From Bdellovibrionales bacterium (lineage in GTDB: Bacteria; Bdellovibrionota; Bdellovibrionia; Bdellovibrionales; UBA1609): a DNA stretch of 64,000 nucleotides. The position numbers and the translations under genes are program-made. The stretch spans positions 32,001 through 96,000 of the forward strand of contig CBDCMT010000001.1 in assembly GCA_965219095.1 (NCBI GenBank), in the 5' to 3' direction. The first letter of the stretch is position 1; each line of letters opens with the position of its first letter. A model generated the notes under the pieces. The model did not search any database. It was not told the origin of the DNA and was given only the letters and a program-made list of their open reading frames with translations. This document shows, one piece after another, positions 1 through 8,925 of the stretch.

Positions 1-1
1 C

Positions 2-742
2 TTCAGAATTAGCGATTTTACTGAGAAGTACATGGATTATGCAAAAAAAGAGTTGAATTTTGTGCTTGATAAATTTTTAGTTGAATCTAACAGTGCCGGT
101 TATCATTACTATAAAGTACCTGTAGGGGACGAAGGAGCTGTGTTGGCATTAGCTGAGATGTCATCTCGTAATATAGCAGGTGATATAGCAAGCACTTTAT
201 GGGCTTATAGAAATTCTTTTGCAGTTCAACAATTGATGGCTTTAAATCAAAGATTATCTAAATTTAGAAAAGGCAATGGAGGATATAAAAATGTCAAAAG
301 AGCTATTAACGGCTGGGGAGGAATTAATTCTATCTTTCAAAACGTTATTTCCTATCTAAACGAGAAGGACTATTATTATGATCCTTATAAACGAAATCAT
401 CACTACAAAAGAGATTATGAAAGAAATCATCACTACAAAAGACATTGCTCCTATGTGATCACTGTAGAAGAGGATATAAGGGGGTTAGGTGATTATATAG
501 AAGTGTCGATATCTCGTGTTCCTGATTATGTAGAAGAGTTAGTTGTTTCTTCTACAGCTTATGGGGCTGATGCTCAAGTAAGTGTGTGGACTAATGGAAG
601 GTCAAAAGGCATGATGGACATTCCCCAACATGATCCTAAATATTCTATTCCTGTTAAAGAAAGAATTCGAGATGTGAAATTTCATCTTACAAGAGGAGAG
701 AGAGTAAGAATTCATAATATAAAGATCAATTACTGTGAATAA
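2..742 (+). CDS. Secreted hypothetical protein, 3' part (runs off the left edge); paralogue of 52606..53931
   Basis: Frame is open from base 2 (FRISDFTEKYMDYAKK) and aligns with the C-terminal half of 52606..53931. Contains a 30-bp tandem repeat (RNHHYKR x2) at ~389-446. Confidence 0.85.
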   Translation, partial: FRISDFTEKYMDYAKKELNFVLDKFLVESNSAGYHYYKVPVGDEGAVLALAEMSSRNIAGDIASTLWAYRNSFAVQQLMALNQRLSKFRKGNGGYKNVKRAINGWGGINSIFQNVISYLNEKDYYYDPYKRNHHYKRDYERNHHYKRHCSYVITVEEDIRGLGDYIEVSISRVPDYVEELVVSSTAYGADAQVSVWTNGRSKGMMDIPQHDPKYSIPVKERIRDVKFHLTRGERVRIHNIKINYCE

Positions 743-801
743 ATTCTATGATGAAAATAAAACGAATAACAATGAAAACGAAAGAAGAAAGGAGTTTTAA
801 A

Positions 802-1671
802 ATGAAAAAGATTATTTTAACAATAGGACTGTTTTTAAGCCCTCTTTTATCTGAAGGTATGTTTACTGATGATGGTTTTCCACAAAGGCCTCACAACCAA
901 CAAGTTAAAAGAAAAGCTATAAGTAGTGAAGGTTCTTATCAAACTTATCATACAAAAATAAGGGAAGGTAAAGCTAATATCGATATTTATGTTCACCTAA
1001 GAGCCCTTAAAGTTCATTCTATGTCTGAGGAACAAATTTTTGCTGTGATAAAAATTACCAGAAAATACAAAAGAGAAACATCTACTAAGGTAGGGCTTTT
1101 TAGGCTTCTGCCTGCAGAAGGTGGTCAATATCACTGGAGCCTTCTTTTCACCCAAAACGGCACTTTAGAGTCTTCTAAAGATATTTTTTATACCAGTGTT
1201 TCTGCAAGTACAAATAGAGGAAAAAGGCAACTTCAGCTTCTAGAAACCAATCTATCATGTGATCTCAAAGTTCCTAATAAAATTGTGCTTCAACAGGTAG
1301 TCTCTTCTAGAAAGGAAGTTTGGAAGCCTTTTCCTTTCAATGCCTTTATTCAAAAGAACTCAAAAAAAGAGCAAATAGGCTATATACAAGAAGGGCAGTT
1401 TTATTCTGGAAGGGCTTTATCTCAAGAAGGAGATTTTATTCTACAGAAAATGACTCCTTATATAGCAATTTTGAGACCTAAGGTGCCATCTCTTTTTACA
1501 GCATCAGGATGGGATGTTAGCTTGGAATCTGAATCTATAGCCTTAGTTTTCCAAAACAAATCCTCTTGGCAAGATAATAAAACTATTCTATTTATTGATA
1601 ATGAGGATGGCAATGATAACTTATGTTTTAAAGATGCCGTTCCTTATGATTTTTACGAACAAAGAAATTAA
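802..1671 (+). CDS. Secreted hypothetical protein; paralogue of 53984..54844
   Basis: AAGGAG precedes ATG at 802. Signal-peptide-like MKKIILTIGLFLSPLLSEG. Colinear similarity to 53984..54844. Confidence 0.85.
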   Translation: MKKIILTIGLFLSPLLSEGMFTDDGFPQRPHNQQVKRKAISSEGSYQTYHTKIREGKANIDIYVHLRALKVHSMSEEQIFAVIKITRKYKRETSTKVGLFRLLPAEGGQYHWSLLFTQNGTLESSKDIFYTSVSASTNRGKRQLQLLETNLSCDLKVPNKIVLQQVVSSRKEVWKPFPFNAFIQKNSKKEQIGYIQEGQFYSGRALSQEGDFILQKMTPYIAILRPKVPSLFTASGWDVSLESESIALVFQNKSSWQDNKTILFIDNEDGNDNLCFKDAVPYDFYEQRN

Positions 1672-1749
1672 TTTATGATGGAGTAGAAAGATTAAAATAA
1701 AGGAATTTAAAAAAGAAGAAAAGTTTACAAATAAAATAAAGGAGAAAAA

Positions 1750-2685
1750 ATGAAAAATGCAATCAAAAGAATGAAAAGTTTAATTTTAACAATTTTTGTT
1801 TCAACTTTAAGCTTTTCTTTGTCTGCTGGTGTTTTAGAAGGACTTAAACCTGTTGTCTTAACTCCTGAAGAAAGACAACAGTTAAAGGAGTATGCTGAAA
1901 CCTCTAGAATTTTTCTAAAAGAAGCTCTTCGTAATGCCGAAGGAAAACCCAGAGATGCTCAGATTAGAATCTACAAACAAACCATTAGAAAGGTCGTATC
2001 TTCTTCTTATGAGAAAGGTCGTTATAGAGAACTTTTGATGAGGTTTATTTTAAACCAAGCTTTAAGGCTTACGGATGGAGATCCACTTCAAGGAGTGAAA
2101 GGAGTTTTGACTATGACTTACAACCCTGATGTTGTGATGTTAATTTATAGAGATTCCATAAATCTAGCTATTGATTATTCAGAAAAAGATTTAAAGTTTT
2201 TAAATGATAAGGAATTTCTTTTGCCTTACAATGATATGGCCTATGAGAGGCTACAATTTATTTATCAATGGTCTCACAAAGTTATGGATTCAGGGCTTAA
2301 AGCAAAGTTTTTAAAAACGGGCTTAAGAGATTGGCATACCACTGTGGCTCAACCTACAAATCATAAAAGAGAACAATTGTCTTATTTAATTTTAAAAATA
2401 GAAAAGATTTTAAAAGAAGTGAACTCCTATACTAGTGCAGCAAAAAGAGAAAGATTTTTATTGGGAGAAGTTCGCTGGCTCTTAAAAGAAGAAAAATACA
2501 GATTAGAAACAGAAAAAAAAGAAAGAAAATTACAGGAAGCATAAGTAAAAAGATTACGAGAAAAACGGGAAGCAGAAAAAAGAAGATTACAGGAAGCAGA
2601 AGAAAGAAGATTACGAGAAAAACGGGAAGCAGAAAAAAGAAGATTACAACCTAAAACTAGACAGTCACGCAATGACTGCATTAAA
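1750..2685 (+). pseudogene. Third member of the secreted stalk/head family; nonsense stop at 2542-2544, head absent, IS481 inserted at the 3' end
   Basis: N-terminus is similar to 54880/56663. A TAA stands where the EAE repeat has GAA. The frame continues (VKRLREKREAEKRRLQ...NDCIK) to the IS481 at 2686 and resumes as DIL after 3990, matching the NDCIEDL/NDCIRDL termini of the paralogues. Confidence 0.75.
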
Positions 2686-3899
2686 TGTAATAGACGTTAT
2701 ATGATCTGACAGTTACCCTTTCTGGGTTAATAAAAAACTGTCTGTCAGTTTTCGTTCTGTTCAATCATCTTTTGCCTTACTTTTTGTTTTCCGTCAAGGA
2801 AAGTTTCCATAGGTGTTCGACCACAACACATTTTTCCCTGATGAGTTCTCCTTTCATTATATTTTACAAGCCACAAGTCAAGGTCAGACTGCAACTCTTC
2901 TATGCTTTTGTACACTTTTTTTCTAAACTCCACTTGATAAAACTCCTCTAAAATTGTTCTATGAAATCTTTCACAGATGCCATTGGTTTGAGGATGTCTT
3001 GCCTTTGTTTTTGTGTGTTCTATATTGTTGATAGCCAAATAAAGCTCATAATCGTGACGATCTTGAACTCCACAGAACTCTGTACCCCTATTTGTTAACA
3101 TACGAAGCAGGGACACATCATGGTCTTCAAAGAAAGGGAACACTCTATCATTGAGAAGGTCAGCTGCTGTGATAGGTGTTTTCGTTTTATAGAGCTTACA
3201 GAAAGCAACTTTTGAGTAAGTGTCCACAAAGGTTTGTTGATAAAGACGTCCTACACCTTTCATAGTTCCCACATAAAAAGTGTCCTGTGAGCCTAAATAA
3301 CCAGGATGAGCTGTCTCTACCTCTCCGCACTCTAAATCCTCTTGTTTCTTCTTCTCTAGGGCTTGTAACTGCTCCTCTGTGAAAACCAAGCCTTCCTCTG
3401 CAGACTTCTTTTCTAAAGCTTTCAAACGCTTTTTGAAAGTCTCTAAATTATTTCTTAGCCAGACCCCTCTAACTCCTGCAGGAGAAATAAAAATTCCTTT
3501 TTTCCTTAACTCATTGGACGCTCTCAACTGTCCATAGGCAGGAAGTTCTATAGCGATCCTTAAACAAGCCTCTTCTGTCGTTTGATCAACTCTGTTTTTT
3601 AAATTAGGCTTTCTACGACTTTGCTCTCTTAATGATTCTAAACCTCCTTCCTCTTTGAGTGTCTTGTAACGATAAAATGTATCTCTTGAAAAGCCCATCA
3701 CCTTACAAGCTTGAGATACATTGCCTAACTCTTCTGCTAATTGCAAAAGACCTACTTTTGATTTTATAATTCTTTCTTGATATGTCATTTTTGTTATCCT
3801 TTCTCCACCCTTTGGGGTGGTATTGTTTATTTAAAAGGGTAACCTCTTTTCATCTCTTTGACATTTCGAGACGTGTCAGATTAAGTTGCGACTATTACA
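2686..3899 (-). mobile_element. IS481-family element, copy 1 (1214 bp)
   Basis: TGTAATAG...CTATTACA termini. Same length as, and near-identical to, the copies at 12924 and 30354. Confidence 0.95.
2745..3788 (-). CDS. IS481-family transposase (second catalytic Asp changed to Asn: LTNRG vs LTDRG in other copies)
   Basis: HTH N-terminus plus rve integrase core (SQDTF, TDRGTEF, NGICERFHRT). Confidence 0.93.
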   Translation of the reverse strand: MTYQERIIKSKVGLLQLAEELGNVSQACKVMGFSRDTFYRYKTLKEEGGLESLREQSRRKPNLKNRVDQTTEEACLRIAIELPAYGQLRASNELRKKGIFISPAGVRGVWLRNNLETFKKRLKALEKKSAEEGLVFTEEQLQALEKKKQEDLECGEVETAHPGYLGSQDTFYVGTMKGVGRLYQQTFVDTYSKVAFCKLYKTKTPITAADLLNDRVFPFFEDHDVSLLRMLTNRGTEFCGVQDRHDYELYLAINNIEHTKTKARHPQTNGICERFHRTILEEFYQVEFRKKVYKSIEELQSDLDLWLVKYNERRTHQGKMCCGRTPMETFLDGKQKVRQKMIEQNEN

Positions 3900-3984
3900 A
3901 GATGATTGAACAGAACGAAAACTGACAGACAGTTTTTTATCAACCCAGAAAGGGTAACTGTCAGATCATATAACGTCTATTACA
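3900..3984 (+). mobile_element. Extra IS481 right-end fragment (85 bp) in opposite orientation
   Basis: Reverse complement of 2686-2770, ending CTATTACA. Followed by ATTAAA, which also precedes 2686. Confidence 0.9.
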
Positions 3985-4092
3985 ATTAAAGATATTCTTC
4001 TAGTAGGAAAAAATAATCAAAATGGCTTAATTGACTCTATTGATCTTCTTGATGAAGACTCTATACAGAAACAACCAAAAGGAAGTTATTAT

Positions 4093-4140
4093 GCCTCCTC
4101 AAAAGAATCTGTGGGTTCCCGGAGGTTCTTTTGAGGAGGC
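4093..4140. repeat. 48-bp hairpin mini-element derived from the ISL3 right end
   Basis: GCCTCCTCAAAAGAA...TTCTTTTGAGGAGGC. The first ~36 bp equal the ISL3 end at 14751. Related copies at 39347 and 42785. Confidence 0.8.
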
Positions 4141-4178
4141 ATATAAAAGTATGGATTTAAAGAAACACTACTAAAAAA

Positions 4179-7169
4179 TTAATTTCTTGCACAACTGTAA
4201 TTTATATCATAGGATTCAGGATTAAGATGTATTTCGAAAGTGATTTTATTTTTATCTTGATTTAAAGTAAATTCGACTTGAGGATCAGGTAAAATTTCAA
4301 TATCATCTTTAAAGTCACCATTATCGTTGACATCTACAGATGAACATTCTAGCAAAACCTCTTTTGTGAGATCTTTTACAGAATCTGCAATCTCATCTAA
4401 AACTGTTGTATAATCAGAACTACAAATATTTAGAATTTCCCCTGGAAGAATACCTTTTTTAGGATCATCTGTATTTGATAACATTTCATAAACTGTTCCT
4501 TTTACATTTGTTGTTGCACAAGATCCTTTAGAGGGGTTAACAATAGAATGAAACTGAAAAACTTTACTGTTTCCAAGAGTAGCGACTTTTTTATTGATAA
4601 ATTTTTGAACCTGAGAGGGGTCATAAATATGATAAGAATGAGTTGAACTTTCATCTTCATCTGATATAAGAATAGAAATAAAATAAGCGTCTGGTCTTAA
4701 AAGATCATTTTGTGGATACGTATCTTTATTCTCAAGAAAATAAATCAATGACTTTATACCTCGTTCATTCCAACTTCCCTCTATTCCAAAAGATAAAATG
4801 GTCTGCCCTAGTATATCTTGTTTTTCTATCAAATTTCCATCAGAATCGAAATAAGAATCTTGTTTCTTTAAAATATATTTTCTTTCTACTGATGATTCTT
4901 CTCGAAAGTTTAATCGATTCCAAATTAAAGACTTCATATTGTTTTTCCCATTATCTACATCTGTAGATTGAAGAGCAATGTTCCAATCTATGTCGTCTGC
5001 ATTGAGTTTTTGAATGAATGTATTGATTTTATCAGATAAATGAATTTGTTCCTCTTTCATAGAGCTTGAATTATCAATGATAAATAAAAAATCAACAGGA
5101 GCGTTTTCTTTGATCGTAAAGCTTTTTGTTTTTTCTACAAAATCATGAGTAACTTGAAAATCAAGTTCGACCCTTGTTGTGTTTCCTGCTTTATCTTCTG
5201 CTCTGATCCTAAGTTTATAAGAACCAATTTCTTTAGGAGTAAAAGAAAGGTTTCCGTTATAGAGATCACCAATATTGCTAAAGTCCTTGACACTATCGTC
5301 ATGAGGCTTAGTGACAAAACTAGGCGTATTGCTTTTAACTCCTGAGGTGTCTTGAACAGTCCAATGAACAATAACTCTATGATTCTCATAAACAATTTTT
5401 TCTGGTTTCTGTGAAAAAGAAATCCTAGGGGGAGTGATATCTACAGTCCAAGTGTATTGACTCACGCTCCAATTTTCAAGTTTATCAACAGAAAGGACAT
5501 AAAAAGTATGCTCTCCCTCTGTGATTTCGTTGAAACGATGAGACGCAAGAGTGTTACATTGGAATTTTTTTGTGTTAGAAAGAACAGAGGAAAAAGTCAA
5601 ATGAAGGTTAAGTGAACAATAAGTTTTTACTCCTCCTGATTCTGATAAACTCCAAGAAAAATGAGCTGTTTGCAATTTACCTAAAGGCTCAGGCTTGTTT
5701 CTAAAGGTGATTTGAGGAGCTGTTGTATCAACAGTCCAAGTATAAAAAATTTCTGCTTTTAGACCTACAGCATCTATTGCTCGAATCTTAAACTCATGTT
5801 CTCCGTCTCTTAAGGAATCGAAAGAAGCTTCACTTAGAGAACAATCCTCAAAAGACCTTTGATCTAGTCTACATTCTATTTTTTGAAAAGGAGTACTGTC
5901 ATCTGTAACACTAAAACGAAAAGTAGCTGTGGTTTCTTTTGTAAATTTTTTAGGTTTTTGTGAAAAGGTCATACTAGGTGATTTTATATCCACAAACCAG
6001 CTATAAGAAGAGTTAGAAGAATTTCCTGAGGAGTCTGTACATTTTAATTCAAAGGTATGATTCCCATGCCCTAAATTAGAATAACTTTGACTTTTACTAC
6101 AAGACTGAAAAGAAGAGGCTCTCTTTTTATAGCCATGACGACATTCGTAGTTTACATCTTTTGAAGAGGGCAAAGTGAAGAGAATTTGAGTTTCTTTTGT
6201 AGGAGATGAAGGAATTTGGGCTAATTGACAATCAGGGGCTGTTGTATCAATGGTCCAAGTGTAGGATGCTTCAGAGCTTAGTCCTACTTGATTTAAAGCT
6301 TTTATTTCAAAAATATGAGAACCCTCACTTAAAATGTGAGTTTGGTATGTTTTAGAACTGCAATCCTCCCACTCTTGACCTTTCAGGCGACATTTGATCT
6401 CTTTCACTCCAGATTCCCCATCCACTACATCAAATATAAACTTCCCTCTCTGAATATTTGTGAGACTAGGTGGGCTTTTTCTCAGTACAATAAGACTTGG
6501 AGTTTTATCTTGTTGAACTGTAAAAGAGGAAGTTTTTTTATTTCCTGCTTTATCGAAAGCTTTAACATACAAAGTTTTTGTTCTTTCTGAAGCATTAAAG
6601 ACTAAAATATAAGAATCCCTACAATCAGAAAACTTTATAAAGCTTTCTGATAAAGAACAACTTGTTTCTTTTAACTCCCTATCATCTGAAATAAAAAAAT
6701 TTACTTTAAATTTCTCACCTGCTATCCAGAGATGAGAGATCTCCTTAAAGGTGATTTGAGGAGGGGTTTTATCATGAATGATAGAATCTGAATAACAATC
6801 ACTTTCCTGCTCTTCTGTCTGAAATTTTATATAAACAGATACCTCTTGATTCTCCTGTGATAGAGTCCAAGATTTTTTAATACTTTCACCTTTAGAGTAA
6901 TTTTCCCATTTCCCTCCCTTAGAACATTGCGGGTCATTAGTGATGTACATTCTCGTAGAAAAATCTCCTTCAATAGTCAAAATCACCCTTTTATCCTTAG
7001 TATAAGTATCTCCATCGTTGATCAGAAGACTCCTTGTGCTTTTAAGGATGGAATCCAAATCTCTTTGCCCAAAACTGGTTTCAGCACATGAGTTAAATAA
7101 AAAAGGTAAAGGAATGGATAAAATGATGAGAAAACTTATAAAAAGCCTTCTTATATGAATCTTTTTCAT
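4179..7169 (-). CDS. Large surface (lipo)protein with tandem Ig-like repeats and a C-terminal vWA-like domain
   Basis: Hydrophobic leader ending LFNSC. About six repeats ending WTVDTTAP, with C-x-L-D/C pairs and DxAGN motifs. MIDAS-like DFLFIIDNSSSM and a later SDEDE. Confidence 0.85.
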   Translation of the reverse strand: MKKIHIRRLFISFLIILSIPLPFLFNSCAETSFGQRDLDSILKSTRSLLINDGDTYTKDKRVILTIEGDFSTRMYITNDPQCSKGGKWENYSKGESIKKSWTLSQENQEVSVYIKFQTEEQESDCYSDSIIHDKTPPQITFKEISHLWIAGEKFKVNFFISDDRELKETSCSLSESFIKFSDCRDSYILVFNASERTKTLYVKAFDKAGNKKTSSFTVQQDKTPSLIVLRKSPPSLTNIQRGKFIFDVVDGESGVKEIKCRLKGQEWEDCSSKTYQTHILSEGSHIFEIKALNQVGLSSEASYTWTIDTTAPDCQLAQIPSSPTKETQILFTLPSSKDVNYECRHGYKKRASSFQSCSKSQSYSNLGHGNHTFELKCTDSSGNSSNSSYSWFVDIKSPSMTFSQKPKKFTKETTATFRFSVTDDSTPFQKIECRLDQRSFEDCSLSEASFDSLRDGEHEFKIRAIDAVGLKAEIFYTWTVDTTAPQITFRNKPEPLGKLQTAHFSWSLSESGGVKTYCSLNLHLTFSSVLSNTKKFQCNTLASHRFNEITEGEHTFYVLSVDKLENWSVSQYTWTVDITPPRISFSQKPEKIVYENHRVIVHWTVQDTSGVKSNTPSFVTKPHDDSVKDFSNIGDLYNGNLSFTPKEIGSYKLRIRAEDKAGNTTRVELDFQVTHDFVEKTKSFTIKENAPVDFLFIIDNSSSMKEEQIHLSDKINTFIQKLNADDIDWNIALQSTDVDNGKNNMKSLIWNRLNFREESSVERKYILKKQDSYFDSDGNLIEKQDILGQTILSFGIEGSWNERGIKSLIYFLENKDTYPQNDLLRPDAYFISILISDEDESSTHSYHIYDPSQVQKFINKKVATLGNSKVFQFHSIVNPSKGSCATTNVKGTVYEMLSNTDDPKKGILPGEILNICSSDYTTVLDEIADSVKDLTKEVLLECSSVDVNDNGDFKDDIEILPDPQVEFTLNQDKNKITFEIHLNPESYDINYSCARN

Positions 7170-7173
7170 GTCT

Positions 7174-7205
7174 TCTTTTTCGACAAAAATGTCTCAAGAC
7201 TTTAG
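7174..7205 (-). promoter_or_regulatory. Possible sigma28-like (FliA) promoter giving a near-leaderless transcript
   Basis: Minus strand reads CTAAAG-N15-GTCGAAAA, 7 nt before the ATG, with no clear Shine-Dalgarno. Spacing is 1 nt off the canonical consensus. Confidence 0.3.
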
Positions 7206-7555
7206 CCTAAACCTTGTACTTGTGTCTTTATTTTTAAAATTCTGTTTCAATTTGAGACATAAACTTGAAATAACAGAAGAAAATAAGATTGATAAAATGA
7301 TAAAAATACGATCGTTACACTTTATTTCATGTGGTTCTTTAGCTGCCGGACGTTTTTGTTATGAGTAAAAATATAAAAAAACTAAAAGTTAAACTAAAAA
7401 AAGACGCTACAAAATAAACTTTTTTAGAAAATTTGTCTACTCTTATCTCTTTTAAGGCCTTCACCTCCCCTTCTTTAGGAGCAGGAACTAAACTCTTAGA
7501 TTCAAGCAGAATTGTCTTTTTAAGCTTCTTTCTACTACGAGAAGATAGTTTTCTT

Positions 7556-7824
7556 GCCTCCTCAAAAGAATCTGTGGGTTCCCGGAGGTTCTGGCAGTTT
7601 TCCAAGGTTATGATATAAGGCGATTTTTATAGCTTTAGAGGTTCTAAAGCCGTAAGATTTTCTCATAGTGAGTTTTACTTTGTTGTTTAAACCCTCTACA
7701 ATCCCTGAGGAGAAGGCTTTTTTAGCCTTGAAGTAATTAAGAATAAGTAGCTTATGTCTTCGTATGGTTTTTGCTTCTCTTTTCATAGGTTCAATTTTTG
7801 AAAGCATGACTCGTCTCGTCCAAC
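7556..7824 (-). mobile_element. ISL3-family 3' fragment
   Basis: Identical to 14751-15019 (SSGIVEGLNNKVK plus right end). Confidence 0.9.
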
Positions 7825-7854
7825 GAGGATGTCCCATTCATGGGACTTTAAAGT

Positions 7855-8925
7855 TCATAATTTTTCAGTAATTTTCTTTCCTATAAGAGGAGCAAGAGTG
7901 AATCCTGTGCAACTCCATCCAGCCGAAATAAGAAGATTTTTATATTTAGAATCATATTCTAAAATCCCTTGAGAATCTTTACTATAACTTTCAATAGCTC
8001 GTATTCCTCCTTCAAGGGTGGAGTTTTTCACCCAATTCAACCGATGACTGATTCGTTGTTTTGCTACATTGGCATCCCGAATGCTTAAATGTTCTAATGC
8101 TTTTTGTCGGCTATTGATTTGAGTTGCTTCAAAAAGATATCCACCCACGAATGATCCGTTCGGAAAAAAATGACCAAAAGTCCTTGAATTTTTATCAACA
8201 AATAAAGGGACTTTGGTTTGTCGATTCCTCCTAAAAAACCTGTTAACTTGAATAACTTGGGGAAAAATGTCCACCTTAGTTCCAAGAGTTTTTAATAAAT
8301 CATATGTCCATATGCCAGCAGTCAACACCAATTTTTCGCAGTTCAAAACCTCTCCTTGGCTAGTTTTAATTCCGGTAACTTTATTTTTTTTGGCCAAAAT
8401 TTCTAATACAGAAGTGTTAAGTTTTACATTGGCACCTCTTCTTTTAGAGTACCATACAAAAGCTTGTGTTGTGCTATAGGGACAAGCGTTTCCAGCACAG
8501 GGTTCATAAATGGCTACATCATCCTCATACCAGTAAAAATCAGGAAATTCTTTTTTACCTATAATTGGATCAATAATATGAAAATCCACTCCTGATGTTT
8601 TTAAAATAGAAAGATGTTCTGAAAAAGACCTAAGCTTATGACGTTTTAAAAAATACAAAGACCCTGTTCTATTAAAATGACATGGAAAGCCTACTTTTTC
8701 ATCAAAATTTACATAGAAAGGGACACTCTTGGCTGCATTTTTTGTTGTTTCTGGATTTTTATGCATAACTCTTATAAGAGATCCCCATGATCCTGTTGCA
8801 CCGCAACCAAAGCTAGATTTCTTCTCAATAAGCAAACAGTTGTAAATTCCTTTTTCAGTTAAATGATAAAGCACTGATGTTCCTACAGCTCCAGCTCCGA
8901 TGATAATGATATCGAAGTGTTTCAT
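7855..8925 (-). CDS. FAD-dependent oxidoreductase, DAO/glycine oxidase family (Spb39/Tri27-like role inferred)
   Basis: IIIGAGAVG dinucleotide motif, GATGSWGSLIR and C-terminal GFTLAPLIG. ATGA overlap couples it to the upstream cupin-MetRS gene. Confidence 0.88.
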   Translation of the reverse strand: MKHFDIIIIGAGAVGTSVLYHLTEKGIYNCLLIEKKSSFGCGATGSWGSLIRVMHKNPETTKNAAKSVPFYVNFDEKVGFPCHFNRTGSLYFLKRHKLRSFSEHLSILKTSGVDFHIIDPIIGKKEFPDFYWYEDDVAIYEPCAGNACPYSTTQAFVWYSKRRGANVKLNTSVLEILAKKNKVTGIKTSQGEVLNCEKLVLTAGIWTYDLLKTLGTKVDIFPQVIQVNRFFRRNRQTKVPLFVDKNSRTFGHFFPNGSFVGGYLFEATQINSRQKALEHLSIRDANVAKQRISHRLNWVKNSTLEGGIRAIESYSKDSQGILEYDSKYKNLLISAGWSCTGFTLAPLIGKKITEKL

